NCBI RefSeq assembly: GCF_002113885.1
Contig: NW_018408904.1
Coordinates: 498,034 to 562,033, forward strand
Origin: Mizuhopecten yessoensis
Taxonomy: Eukaryota
Length of the DNA stretch: 64,000 nt
Reading direction: 5' to 3'
Shown here: piece after piece, positions 25,340 to 40,300 of the stretch
Layout of the letters: every line of letters begins with the position of its first letter
Position numbering within the stretch: the stretch's first letter is position 1
Notes under the pieces: model-generated
The model's database searches: none
What the model was told of the DNA's origin: nothing
What the model saw: the letters and a program-made list of their open reading frames with translations, nothing else
Made by a program: the position numbers and the translations under genes

Positions 25340-28300
25340 CGACAGACAGACAGACAGACAGACAGATAGACAGAGTGATTACTATAGGGCACCCGTATCT
25401 CTGATACGGGGCCCTAATTAGTCAAGATTTGTCAAAGAGAACTCTGTATCAGAAGTATGATATCATAACTTTTCCTCACTTTCTCATACAAATCATCCTC
25501 TGTCATTTAGTGTTTACTCAATTATAGTTATTTAGTTCCGAGTTTACAAGTCACTAAACACAGTTCTTTAAGCAACGTCTTTCTGAAACACTCTGCTTCC
25601 TCTCTCATCCTAAAATTAAACTGACCAAAAACAACATTTTGCTTCCATTGGCCTACCTTGACAACACAGCTGACCAGGACTTCCCTCTCCATGTCCAGAT
25701 AGAGTTTGGACAGGGTAAGCATGGCCTCCATTTCCCCCAGCTCCGCAGCATGCTCCTCGTGAAATATGGCTGATTCCCAATCAATGTCCTTCTCGTTTCT
25801 CTCCTGCCCAACCACGAATCTGCCTATTTCATGGTATTTAGCCATCTCATGATGAATCTGCAATAGACAGTTGTTTGGATAATGCTCGTTTGTTTAGTTA
25901 GAGTTAACCATTATTATAACACAAATTGTTGCTGGTTACTCTACATCTGAAGTTTGACATGCCTAGGGATTTGTTGTGCAGAAAGTTAATTCTATATAGA
26001 GTACACCATATGAATACCGGGTTTGAATTGGCCCACATATACATTGTACTGAGGTTATTGTAGTTATTGTGTAGAAACAGACGACAGTACAGATGGCTGG
26101 AACAACAGACAGTTGAGAATCATTACAAACGCCCTTCTGTAATACACTTTTGAGTTTCCTCGATCCAGGGATCCTTTAAATTGGTTAAGATATTTGCTTT
26201 ATCAGTAATAAAAGAACAGTCTTTTAAATATTGATTTCTATTTCCTTTACTGAACCCATATATCTGCCTAATTTAGACTGAAGTATCTTTGTCGTACTGA
26301 AAGAACAGGCATTTAAACTGTTTGGCTCTTTCCCTAGAGACTTAAGTATTAATGCAATGTGAATTTATTCTTTTCTAGTATACCCTAGATTAAATAAGAT
26401 TCAAATTCCTTGAATAAGCAGGTTTAAAATACTTATGCTTTTTTCCTCTTTTAGGCTCTATCGTTCTGCCCTCGATGGGGTCCTACCCGTCTGCCCACAG
26501 ATTTAACCATATATGGAAAATCCCATATTGGGCCCCTTTCTCTGCTCCAAGGGGCCACACCCTCCATTTATATAATACTGAGACTTCTGGGGCCTAAGAA
26601 TCTTCCAGATCAAATCAGGTTATTTTCTTATAATATTCCTTCAGCAGCTAGTTTAAGGACAAATAGCATTTTAAAAGGAAAATGAATTTAATAATGATGA
26701 CAAACGGAAAACCCTCTGTTGAAAAGGAACACTATTATTAAGTATGATTAAGATCCATCCAAATCATACAAATTTAAGGCCTGGACACAGAACAGACAGC
26801 ACAAACCCATACTTACCTTTCCTAATGTAGAATCACCGACCCTTACATTCATCAGTTTCCTGAAGTCAATCTCCATAGCAACACAAGATGGCCGAGCTCT
26901 TTGCTGTGCCATTCTTTGGAATGCCTCTCGTTCCTCCTGTAGATACAAACATTAAAAAAATAGATGCAAGTATATGATACATGTAGTTAAAGAATCAGTA
27001 CTTAGGGGGCGGATTGGTCAAGTGGTTAACACTCCGGCCTTCGACGCAGGCGGCCGGGGTTCAATCCCCAAAGTCGTCGCACGCATGGAATATCGGAGAA
27101 AGTGATTTTCTCCTGCCCACACAACTCCAACAACCCAGGTGTAGTATAAAATGGTCTGGGGTGGATGTTGCGGTATCTGTGATGTAGCATTCAAGTGAGG
27201 TGGCATTATAAAAGATGCCGTTGGAAGCACGGTCCCACTACAAACAGAACACAATACATCTCCAGCAAAACCGCAGGCATACACACATAGGGAGATATTA
27301 GTCAGGTGGCATAGGACTAGTAGTTAGCGCCTGATCAGGCAGCTCCTGCGAATTCCTCAAAAATTGTACATCATAATTGTATTAATTGTACATCTATGTA
27401 CTGTAAAGCGCTTTAGAGTGGCTTATGTTAGCTAGATAGGGCGCTATATCAAATGTTGTATATTATTAGTATTATTATTACTTAGTGGGTTACCGTGGGA
27501 GAAAACCATGTTTTTGAGACTGATATGCTTTGAAAGAACATATGTTCAATATCTAGGAGTTCCAAATATGTCTTGACTCCATTGTAAATGAAATTATTCT
27601 GTACTCACTGAAAAAGAAAAAATCCTATTCTGAAAATGCTTTGATAAAAAAAATGGTATTTGCTAATTTCAAAATGTGATAATATTTCAATGTCTGAAAC
27701 ATATTTACAAACCGTGCCTAATATTAACATTTATAAGTGAAATAATTTGCATTTGTGAAATCAAATGTGAAAATCTTAAATTTTTACAATATACAACAAA
27801 CTTTGATTAATAGAAGCAAACTAATGAATAGTAGAAACTGCAAAAATGTATTCAGTATTACACTGAAAACTTTTTCCATGCAGCCAATAGTATCATAGGA
27901 GCTTCAACAATCAGATTGCTTGTCAAACATTTAAAAGATTAGTAGTAACTCTTGCATATCAAATGTGTCTTCCACATGTGCCAACTTTGGACAGGTAGTT
28001 TGAAACAGAAACAGTGCAAATTGTAATCCAAACCTTGAGATTTTTATTTAGAGCATGCTGTGACAAGGAAATGGTATTTTTACTTATTGTATATAATTTC
28101 TTCCCACCTGATGCATTTCATGTCCATCAATCTGAAGATACACAGATTTGTCTGCATCACTTTTAAATACTGGTAAATTGTATTGTAGAAGAGTTACTGC
28201 AAACAGCTAATATCAGTTTATAGCTTATATATATGCATTATGCATAACTGAAAACAGTCTTATTTTGTACCAGCATGCATTCTGAATGCTTTACCGACGG

Positions 28301-31300
28301 TAGTCATATTTGGTACCAGCATGCATTATGAATGCTTTACTGGTGGTAACCTTATTTTGTACCAGCATGCATTCTGAATGCTTTACATTAGGTTACCTTA
28401 TTTTGTTCCAGCATGCATTCTGAATGCTTTACATTAGGTAACCTTATTTTATACCAGCATGCATTATCAATGCTTTACTGCTGGTAGTCTTGTAAAGCTG
28501 GTAGTCTTGTTTAACTGGAAAAGGAACCAAGAACAAACATGATTTCACTCTAGGCTAGTCTGCTACTTTTCTTAAAGGAAAGTCAGTTGGTGATTGAGTA
28601 ATATCGTAATGTTTTTGACATAATGATAATGAGAACTTCAGCGTGATATAAAGGTACTGTACCTCTACTGTCATGGAGGATTGGCTGTCTGATTTGTCTG
28701 ATCTCTCCGATTCACTGATGAACCTCATGCGGCTGACCCTCACCCTCGGCGATGGACTGTCAATGGACATACCCTCATCAGTTTCCTCATCTATCGCTGA
28801 GTCACTCAGCACAGACGAGTTGGATCGCTGGCGCTCCAAGAAACGAGTAATATCAATCTTTGTGTCAGGAGATGAGAGAGAAATACAGCGTTCCTCGTCC
28901 CCTCTTAACCTTGTTTTCATCATCGACTTTCTCTGTAACAAGTCCAAGGTTATATAAAGTCATAAATTGTATATGGATGATTGCTAAAATTTCTCTTACA
29001 ATAAAACAATACCCTGTAATTATGTACAATTTCAAGTAAATTCTGATTGGTCACTTAAACAGAGGACTAATCAGATTTTTTTTTACTGAATTAGTCATGT
29101 CATTTGCCATTTTGATATGAAGAATTAAAGGCACAGTAGCCTAGTGGTAGGACGCCGGGCTCATGACTGAAGAGTTGCGGGTTCGAGTCACGTTATGGCA
29201 CTGTGTTGTATCTTTAAACCAGACACTTTACTTCGCTTGTTCCAGTCTACGCAGCTGTAAATGAGTATGTGGTTGGGCATTGCTAGAATTGTTGAATGCT
29301 AGCTGTGAGCGCTGAAATGGCAGTACCGGCTGTATGCTCCCCAGGGAGTTGACATATGAGATATTGGCTGGTTGCAAAAGCCCTATAACCACAGATAATA
29401 ATTTGTGAAGCGCTTTGAGACGACCTACAAATTAGGTTGTAATAAAGCAGTTTACAAGAACCTCAAATTATTATTATTACTGTTATTTTGTGAACTTCTG
29501 ACACACAATTGTCATGAAATGGTTGAGACACTTCAAATATTACAGGAAAAAGAAACTAAAAGAATGGTAACACAGAGAAGTACTTACCTGATTGCGGAGA
29601 ATGTCTTTGTGAGAGTCGAGTTCCGTGGGTGAGAGATCAAACTCAGTGAGATCAAGACTCCTGCAGATGTCATTACAGATGTGTGAGTGGAAGAAGAGGG
29701 CCATGCCCTTAGCCCCAAGGTTGCCATCCCCATACTCATTGCCCTCAATAGTGTGTATCTGAGGGTCAGTGTAAAGGTCACCGACTCCCTGTATGTCCAC
29801 AACGATCAGCATGTGACCAGATCGCTCAAACGTGAAGTGACTGAGGGCCTGTTAAATGATTCGAAGTATCCAGATATCAAGAATAAAGAATAAACAAGAG
29901 ATCCAAAGATCTCGACCACATAGCTTTTGTTTTTATAGACAAATATCATAACTTGGATTGATCTTTCTGCCGTAATGCAATTTTCAACACATGTGACAAT
30001 TGTGATCTTGAAAGTGTGCATAAATCATGCATTTGTAAAAAACAAACTCTGCAACCCAGCAAACTACAGAATATATATACCAAGGTACTAACTAAAGGCC
30101 TTATAATTCTATAGAATAACTTTTAACACATTTGACCTCTATCAGCCTTTAAAGTGGATAAAAAGTCATTCACTTTTAAGAACACTCGATAGCCTTCCAT
30201 TTCAGCAAGCTACATGACAAATATCCTTACTGGGTACTCTAAATAAGGCTCAAAGTATGTTTTAAAAACAAATTTAACACCAATAACAGCAATAAGCCTG
30301 AAAGTGGGTCAAGGTTATTTATTAGATAACAAATAAGTTCCACATATAAATGCACAATCTTTATCACATCAACCTACCTGTGGAGTGTAACGCAGGGAGT
30401 CATCCACAAACCCAGAGTTGGAGTTTCTTTATCACACATCAACCTACCTGTGGAGTGTAACGCAGGGAGTCATCCACAAACCCAGAGTTGGAGTTTCTTT
30501 ATCACACATCAACCTACCTGTGGAGTGTAACGCAGGGAGTCATCCACAAACCCAGAGTTGGAGTTTCTTTATCACACATCAACCTACCTGTGGAGTGTAA
30601 CGCAGGGAGTCATCCACAAACCCAGAGTTGGAGTTTCTTTATCACACATCAACCTACCTGTGGAGTGTAACGCAGGGAGTCATCCACAAACCCAGAGTTG
30701 GAGTTTCTTTATCACACATCAACCTACCTGTGGAGTGTAACGCAGGGAGTCATCCACAAACCCAGAGTTGGAGTTTCTTTATCACACATCAACCTACCTG
30801 TGGAGTGTAACGCAGGGAGTCATCCACAAACCCAGAGTTGGAGTTTCTTTATCACACATCAACCTACCTGTGGAGTGTAACGCAGGGAGTCATCCACAAA
30901 CCCAGAGTTGGAGTTTCTTTATCACACATCAACCTACCTGTGGAGTGTAACGCAGGGAGTCATCCACAAACCCAGAGTTGGAGTTTCTTTATCACACATC
31001 AACCTACCTGTGGAGTGTAACGCAGGGAGTCATCCACAAACCCAGAGTTGGAGTTTCTTTATCACACATCAACCTACCTGTGGAGTGTAACGCAGGGAGT
31101 CATCCACAAACCCAGAGTTGGAGTTTCTTTATCACACATCAACCTACCTGTGGAGTGTAACGCAGGGAGTCATCCACAAACCCAGAGTTGGAGTTTCTTT
31201 ATCACACATCAACCTACCTGTGGAGTGTAACGCAGGGAGTCATCCACAAACCCAGAGTTGGAGTTTCTTTATCACACATCAACCTACCTGTGGAGTGTAA

Positions 31301-34300
31301 CGCAGGGAGTCATCCACAAACCCAGAGTTGGAGTTTCTTTATCACACATCAACCTACCTGTGGAGTGTAACGCAGGGAGTCATCCACAAACCCAGAGTTG
31401 GAGTTTCTTTATCACACATCAACCTACCTGTGGAGTGTAACGCAGGGAGTCATCCACAAACCCAGAGTTGGAGTTTCTTTATCACACATCAACCTACCTG
31501 TGGAGTGTAACGCAGGGAGTCATCCACAAACCCAGAGTTGGAGTTTCTTTATCACACATCAACCTACCTGTGGAGTGTAACGCAGGGAGTCATCCACAAA
31601 CCCAGAGTTGGAGTTTCTTTATCACACATCAACCTACCTGTGGAGTGTAACGCAGGGAGTCATCCACAAACCCAGAGTTGGAGTTTCTTTATCACACATC
31701 AACCTACCTGTGGAGTGTAACGCAGGGAGTCATCCACAAACCCAGAGTTGGAGTTTCTTTATCACACATCAACCTACCTGTGGAGTGTAACGCAGGGAGT
31801 CATCCACAAACCCAGAGTTGGAGTTTCTTTATCACACATCAACCTACCTGTGGAGTGTAACGCAGGGAGTCATCCACAAACCCAGAGTTGGAGTTTCTTT
31901 ATCACACATCAACCTACCTGTGGAGTGTAACGCAGGGAGTCATCCACAAACCCAGAGTTGGAGTTTCTTTATCACACATCAACCTACCTGTGGAGTGTAA
32001 CGCAGGGAGTCATCCACAAACCCAGAGTTGGAGTTTCTTTATCACACATCAACCTACCTGTGGAGTGTAACGCAGGGAGTCATCCACAAACCCAGAGTTG
32101 GAGTTTCTTTATCACACATCAACCTACCTGTGGAGTGTAACGCAGGGAGTCATCCACAAACCCAGAGTTGGAGTTTCTTTATCACACATCAACCTACCTG
32201 TGGAGTGTAACGCAGGGAGTCATCCACAAACCCAGAGTTGGAGTTTCTTTATCACACATCAACCTACCTGTGGAGTGTAACGCAGGGAGTCATCCACAAA
32301 CCCAGAGTTGGAGTTTCTTTATCACACATCAACCTACCTGTGGAGTGTAACGCAGGGAGTCATCCACAAACCCAGAGTTGGAGTTTCTTTATCACACATC
32401 AACCTACCTGTGGAGTGTAACGCAGGGAGTCATCCACAAACCCAGAGTTGGAGTTTCTTTATCACACATCAACCTACCTGTGGAGTGTAACGCAGGGAGT
32501 CATCCACAAACCCAGAGTTGGAGTTTCTTTATCACACATCAACCTACCTGTGGAGTGTAACGCAGGGAGTCATCCACAAACCCAGAGTTGGAGTTTCTTT
32601 ATCACACATCAACCTACCTGTGGAGTGTAACGCAGGGAGTCATCCACAAACCCAGAGTTGGAGTTTCTTTATCACACATCAACCTACCTGTGGAGTGTAA
32701 CGCAGGGAGTCATCCACAAACCCAGAGTTGGAGTTTCTTTATCACACATCAACCTACCTGTGGAGTGTAACGCAGGGAGTCATCCACAAACCCAGAGTTG
32801 GAGTTTCTTTATCACACATCAACCTACCTGTGGAGTGTAACGCAGGGAGTCATCCACAAACCCAGAGTTGGAGTTTCTTTATCACACATCAACCTACCTG
32901 TGGAGTGTAACGCAGGGAGTCATCCACAAACCCAGAGTTGGAGTTTCTTTATCACACATCAACCTACCTGTGGAGTGTAACGCAGGGAGTCATCCACAAA
33001 CCCAGAGTTGGAGTTTCTTTATCACACATCAACCTACCTGTGGAGTGTAACGCAGGGAGTCATCCACAAACCCAGAGTTGGAGTTTCTTTATCACACATC
33101 AACCTACCTGTGGAGTGTAACGCAGGGAGTCATCCACAAACCCAGAGTTGGAGTTTCTTTATCACACATCAACCTACCTGTGGAGTGTAACGCAGGGAGT
33201 CATCCACAAACCCAGAGTTGGAGTTTCTTTATCACACATCAACCTACCTGTGGAGTGTAACGCAGGGAGTCATCCACAAACCCAGAGTTGGAGTTTCTTT
33301 ATCACACATCAACCTACCTGTGGAGTGTAACGCAGGGAGTCATCCACAAACCCAGAGTTGGAGTTTCTTTATCACACATCAACCTACCTGTGGAGTGTAA
33401 CGCAGGGAGTCATCCACAAACCCAGAGTTGGAGTTTCTTTATCACACATCAACCTACCTGTGGAGTGTAACGCAGGGAGTCATCCACAAACCCAGAGTTG
33501 GAGTTTCTTTATCACACATCAACCTACCTGTGGAGTGTAACGCAGGGAGTCATCCACAAACCCAGAGTTGGAGTTTCTTTATCACACATCAACCTACCTG
33601 TGGAGTGTAACGCAGGGAGTCATCCACAAACCCAGAGTTGGAGTTTCTTTATCACACATCAACCTACCTGTGGAGTGTAACGCAGGGAGTCATCCACAAA
33701 CCCAGAGTTGGAGTTTCTTTATCACACATCAACCTACCTGTGGAGTGTAACGCAGGGAGTCATCCACAAACCCAGAGTTGGAGTTTCTTTATCACACATC
33801 AACCTACCTGTGGAGTGTAACGCAGGGAGTCATCCACAAACCCAGAGTTGGAGTTTCTTTATCACACATCAACCTACCTGTGGAGTGTAACGCAGGGAGT
33901 CATCCACAAACCCAGAGTTGGAGTTTCTTTATCACACATCAACCTACCTGTGGAGTGTAACGCAGGGAGTCATCCACAAACCCAGAGTTGGAGTTTCTTT
34001 ATCACACATCAACCTACCTGTGGAGTGTAACGCAGGGAGTCATCCACAAACCCAGAGTTGGAGTTTCTTTATCACACATCAACCTACCTGTGGAGTGTAA
34101 CGCAGGGAGTCATCCACAAACCCAGAGTTGGAGTTTCTTTATCACACATCAACCTACCTGTGGAGTGTAACGCAGGGAGTCATCCACAAACCCAGAGTTG
34201 GAGTTTCTTTATCACACATCAACCTACCTGTGGAGTGTAACGCAGGGAGTCATCCACAAACCCAGAGTTGGAGTTTCTTTATCACACATCAACCTACCTG

Positions 34301-37300
34301 TGGAGTGTAACGCAGGGAGTCATCCACAAACCCAGAGTTGGAGTTTCTTTATCACACATCAACCTACCTGTGGAGTGTAACGCAGGGAGTCATCCACAAA
34401 CCCAGAGTTGGAGTTTCTTTATCACACATCAACCTACCTGTGGAGTGTAACGCAGGGAGTCATCCACAAACCCAGAGTTGGAGTTTCTTTATCACACATC
34501 AACCTACCTGTGGAGTGTAACGCAGGGAGTCATCCACAAACCCAGAGTTGGAGTTTCTTTATCACACATCAACCTACCTGTGGAGTGTAACGCAGGGAGT
34601 CATCCACAAACCCAGAGTTGGAGTTTCTTTATCACACATCAACCTACCTGTGGAGTGTAACGCAGGGAGTCATCCACAAACCCAGAGTTGGAGTTTCTTT
34701 ATCACACATCAACCTACCTGTGGAGTGTAACGCAGGGAGTCATCCACAAACCCAGAGTTGGAGTTTCTTTATCACACATCAACCTACCTGTGGAGTGTAA
34801 CGCAGGGAGTCATCCACAAACCCAGAGTTGGAGTTTCTTTATCACACATCAACCTACCTGTGGAGTGTAACGCAGGGAGTCGTCCACAAACCCAGAGTTG
34901 GAGTTTCTTTATCACACATCAACCTACCTGTGGAGTGTAACGCAGGGAGTCGTCCACAAACCCAGAGTTGGAGTTGTACTTGACATAATGACCTTCAATG
35001 AAGTGCTCAAGGTGATACAAGGGAGAACCTGGTCTGTCCCTAAATTCTAAGATGTACATCTGGAATATGTCCACCTGGATAAAACAATGGTAACATAGGT
35101 CAATCAACATCAGACAGGTCCTTTTTTATAATGCACATATACAGGTAGTGTACATGTGACAGAAACGCTAGGATGGCTGAAGATTAAAGGGGAATAACTA
35201 TATATATTCAGATGTCAAATTTTAGACCCAAATTCAACATATAACATTCATCTTCCCAACCTTTATAAGTAAAAAAAGTTTGGTAAATACAAGTGTAAAA
35301 GCAAAGAAGCTAGGCTCCAGACAAACTCAAGTAAAACATTTAACAAAAGGTCAAAGCTCTATCAAAAATACATGTAAAATTCTGCAATGCCAACTTATGT
35401 AGCAATTTTCACCATCATATGTGTTTTAGTAAAAGCAGGCGAGGGATTAAGGGCACAGTTAATGGACAAATGGACAGATACCATAGGGTATATCACGATA
35501 TGATCCATCACCAAGGGGCATGTAGAAAGGTATATCAACATATTTTTTTTGTATCAATTAGCAGAAGCAAAATAGTCCAACTATTGTGGTTGTACTGTAG
35601 TACATACTGCAATGTAAGGTACCTTTTTTGGAGGTCTGTGTCTGTTGTACTCCTCTGCCCAAACCTTGGCATCCATCTGAAGTTTGACATCCTGGAAATA
35701 CACATCTCTGTCAACTGTCTGTATGTAGTGTTTGGCCACATAATTTCCACTGTGATTCCAGTCCGGGTTCTTCAAGAAATGAGACAGTTTCTTCCTGAAA
35801 TAGATCACATGTATATGATATATGTAATAAATCTGGGTGCATGTACACTTTACAAGATACAGATATCACTATGAAAAAGTTTTTATTTGTAATGGAACTG
35901 GACTGGGTCGATCATTGGCAATCAGATAGCTCAATTGGTCATCGATCTAGAGTTTGGAGGGTCCCGAGTTTGAAGCCCAGTCAGGCAGTTGCTTTTCTCT
36001 TTCTCCTGTTACAAAATTGGAAAGTTTGCCAACCCTTGATTCAAGTATTGGGTGTACGCTCGGCAAGGGGATAGCCAAATCTAGGTTGTAAATAGTGATG
36101 TCTTCAGGGGCGAAGACTTAGAAAATAGAGGGAGGAACGTAACGAAAACTGCACTGGGTCGATCGTCGGCGACCAGGTGGCTCAATTGGTAGAGCGTTCA
36201 TCTAGAGTTTGGTGGGTCCTGAATTTGAATCCCAGTCTGGCCCTACATTTCTCTTTCTCCTGTTAAACAGTTTTCAATCCTCATCTCAAAACAATTACTG
36301 CTATACATGTAGTTGGAAGTTTACGATAAAAATAATATCTTTATTTTCAACATACAAATGTATGTCCAATACAAAGAAAAAGGGGTTGCGACAGGACAAT
36401 TGGGGAGTGGAACTTGACTCCAATGACTTCCGTATTGCAAAACTTTGGTATACACACACAAGACACCAAGGGTATGATGATGAGTACTTCAAATCAAGTG
36501 ATCCTACAATTCTTGTTTTACTCAGAAAAATGTAACAAACTCAAACATTTCGTTGTTTTTTCCCCCCTATATAAACATACAGCAGACACTCATCAATTCC
36601 GTTATATTACAGACAGATTAAGTTGGTTTGATCAGAGATTTGTTTGTGTTTTTATCAATTCTAAACAGACAGTAAAGAGTTAGTCATACATAAACAAGAG
36701 CGATTATATCTATATTACTCCTGACCCTTCAATTTCATAAATTAATCCAAATTTACACAATCAAAAACTTAATTAAGATGTTTACAAAACTTTAACTTTA
36801 TGACAAATACTACAGGATTGAATTTAGAAAAAGAAATTTAATACAATTACATTATCTGTAAAGTAGGGGCCAGATACTATACACATGCATTTATAAGCTA
36901 CATGACCTATATTTAGAGACTTAAAACATGAAATCAATATGCTTGCAACTTTCAGATTACCATATTTATACAAGGTCTAAACCATCTCACATATGTCATC
37001 CTATGTCACATGTTGCACAAGTTATGATTCACACAAATTCCTCATTTTCTGATAAATAGTAAAGCAGGATTTTCTACCAACAGGGCAGTTAAAGTGATTT
37101 TACCATAAAGACAAAAACGTAATCATTATACTTCATCTATATGTTAGTCTGTCTTACTGGTTTAAAAACATCATATGACAAAGAAACAAAACATCAAGTC
37201 TCCCTAGCATGATTGACTGTCCCTCACATAATTGAATATCCCTCACAAGATCAATTTACCCTTCCGAGTATCTATCTCATGGCCTCTTTTGTAGATCTCT

Positions 37301-40300
37301 AAAGCCAAATGCCAGAACAACAAATAATCACTGCAAGTAAATGATCAGATCTTTAATGTTGTGTTGTGGTAATTAAATATTTTATCGCCTTTATAGGAGG
37401 GAAACATGACTATATGTTTCTCCCTTAATCAATCATGCTTTTGTGGAACATAATCTCAGTAAACCAATAACATGTTAATCTACTACAAGGGCAATAAATG
37501 TAAATGTCATGCTCTACAATGATATAACAGCATGTTCTAGCCCCAATGACTCCATGACGATAACTATTTTCAATGACCAATATTTAGACTTGTTCTCTAT
37601 TAATGGGAAATACGAGGGAAAATATTCATTTAAACATGTTGATTTACATAATTATTTATACATATATTGTGATTCATGAGATCATGGTACATTTACTAGT
37701 CCTAATCATATTACTCGTTCATTAGTTTCATGTATCCCCTGTAGTAATCAGATTGTACTGTGATACATCCTGTGTAGTAATCAGATTGTACTGTGATACA
37801 CTAAGTATAGCCACCGTATTTGATATAATAAGAGTACCAGGCACAGGTAAATAACACATTTTTTCTCAAACCTTGTAAGTTTACTACCTTGTATCCCTAC
37901 TTCATCAGAGACTTACATACAAGTATGTTATTCCTTTCCTAAGTTCAATTTCCCATTTATAAACTGTCACTGTATCAGCAGAAATCGTTACATGGCAGCT
38001 TTGTTGTTCAATATACACATATATATACAGCAGTATTTTGGTGGCAGAAGTTGTCTTAAGAAAACCAACCACATGACATCTGGAAATTTAGTCAAAAAAT
38101 AGCAAACTCTGGGAGTGTCCCTATTACATCAAATACTTACATAAAAGAGACTGATATGAAACAGTATAGTTTCTATTTCAAACCATGTTATTTAATGTAC
38201 CCAGTATAAATGTATTGTAATAGAACTGTGACTAGACACTTTTAATCAAATATCACATTTTCTTTTCTGGTATACCTGGACACTTTTAATAAAATACTAC
38301 ACCATCTATCTAAAAGAGATCCCCATATATCTGGGAAGTTCTGCTTTGAATAATTTCTGATGTAGATGTGATGCAGACAACAAACACGTTGTAAGCGACA
38401 ACCAGAACTGGTGTACATATCTATACATGTAAAGGAAGCAGTTTGATGTTATCTCCACGTCAAACCTACTAACCAAGCAACCCTGCATGTGCCACAGGTA
38501 TGATAGCTCATGAATAAGTAATGGTGTGTATGATTTGTGAACATGTCATCTTTGATTGCTGTGACGTAAATGTGACAGTCTTATGACCGGAGTCAACTTT
38601 ATGCCAGATTAAGAACATACAAGTTCAGAAAAACAAACCTTTAAAAGATGTCAACAGTTAAAATATTATTGTATTAATCCAGTAGATTTGTTATCTTCAG
38701 ATGTGTAGGTAAATATTTATCTCCTGAAATTATCCATCCTCTAATTATATTACCATTTTCTATTATATGTAAGACTAGTTGATTTATTCCAATGAAGGTT
38801 AAGGCTAAGTTATAGTGGGTTTCTGCTAAAAAATTAACACAAATGTAGCAGTAAAAAGTAGAACATGGTGTGCCAGTACATGTATCACACAGCATAGTTA
38901 AAAACATATATCGGAAAAATAATATCATTATAGGATTAAGTGGTGTTTTTGCTCATTGAGTGATAAAAACAACGATTCACATGCTGAAGCAGTACTTGAT
39001 AGAAGCGAAATCAGCTGATACCTATTGATAATGTTTTATAATACGATAGTGTATCAAAACACATTGTAAAGTAATGTGAGTATTGCTTTACTGTCTTTTA
39101 CCAACTGCAATCACAGTGCCCTGAAGGTGACATTGAAAGCCAGTCAATTATATAATGACTGTGTATAATGAACCTTTTGTACGGGTCTCTGATAATCATA
39201 TATTATACTTTCGAAATATACACAAAATGTATATTGTCTATATACAGTCGCTAATTCAAAACTGATCACAAGGTATTTATTGACAGTGTTTATTCATTAT
39301 GACAAGCCTACAGTTTTGGGTATACATTACCATAATAATTAAAGGTCACAAGGACAAAGATCACCTTGACCTATATATATGCTCCAGTTGTCTTACAATC
39401 AACAAACTGATTCAATACGAGGCCTGTGTAAGCACCCGTGCAGGTCTGGTATCCCTTTAAAAGAATATACTAGCTGTTACCCACTGCATATTGCAAGAGG
39501 CCTGCACCACTGTTAGAAACCCCAGCAGAATAGGGGATTTTCTTTTGTGCCCTAAACTAAATGACAAGAAAGTGACCAAAATAAATCTGAGGCAGCCAAT
39601 GTAACACTTGGGATATTCTTGTTCTCTCCTTTTTCATGGCAACACTCATCATGAAATCCTTGTTAGTATACCTGTTAAGGTGATCGGGTGAAGTGTCACC
39701 ATACAATGTTCATATTGACATTGCGGTGAAGTGGCCCCCTGAAGTGGCCCCTGAATGGCTCCGTCACCCATGGACACGTCTTCACATGACCTAGCTATTG
39801 TATTTAGGACGTAAAACCCCTAAAAGAACAAGACTTAGAGACCTTGTACTGCTCACCTGGATATTGGAGCAATCATGGCAAAATGTTCTCATTAAAAGCA
39901 ATATTGGAAATAAGTCTGAACAGGTGGGGTATGACACCAGAGCTAATTCTTGTAGCATGACAGCTAAAGTGTCCATGTCTCCATGCCCAGCAAAGCACAT
40001 ACCGGTACATTGTATATAAAAAAAAAAGTGCCACTTTCACAATGTATTGGAAAACAAATTTTTACAAACCTGAAACCATCTCATAGTCATAGGAGAATAG
40101 TTGTAAACATTCTCAACCACCAACGTTGTCTCTACCATAATACACATTCTTAACATATCTGTGGGCTCGTTTTAGCCATCATGACTTCCTTTCCAGAGTA
40201 ATTGCATGCAAAGTCTACAAAACATTATCTATAGATAACAATGTCAGGATTGTTCTATAAATAACACAGGAGTTTCTTAATCATATCATTTAATAACTGT

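Noticed and set aside
30358-34975. CRISPR array, or a tandem family of 60-aa genes
   Set aside because: The units are identical with no unique spacers and there are no cas genes. The 60-aa ORFs start at TTG, are antisense to eEF2K, and result from the 70-bp period cycling through reading frames.
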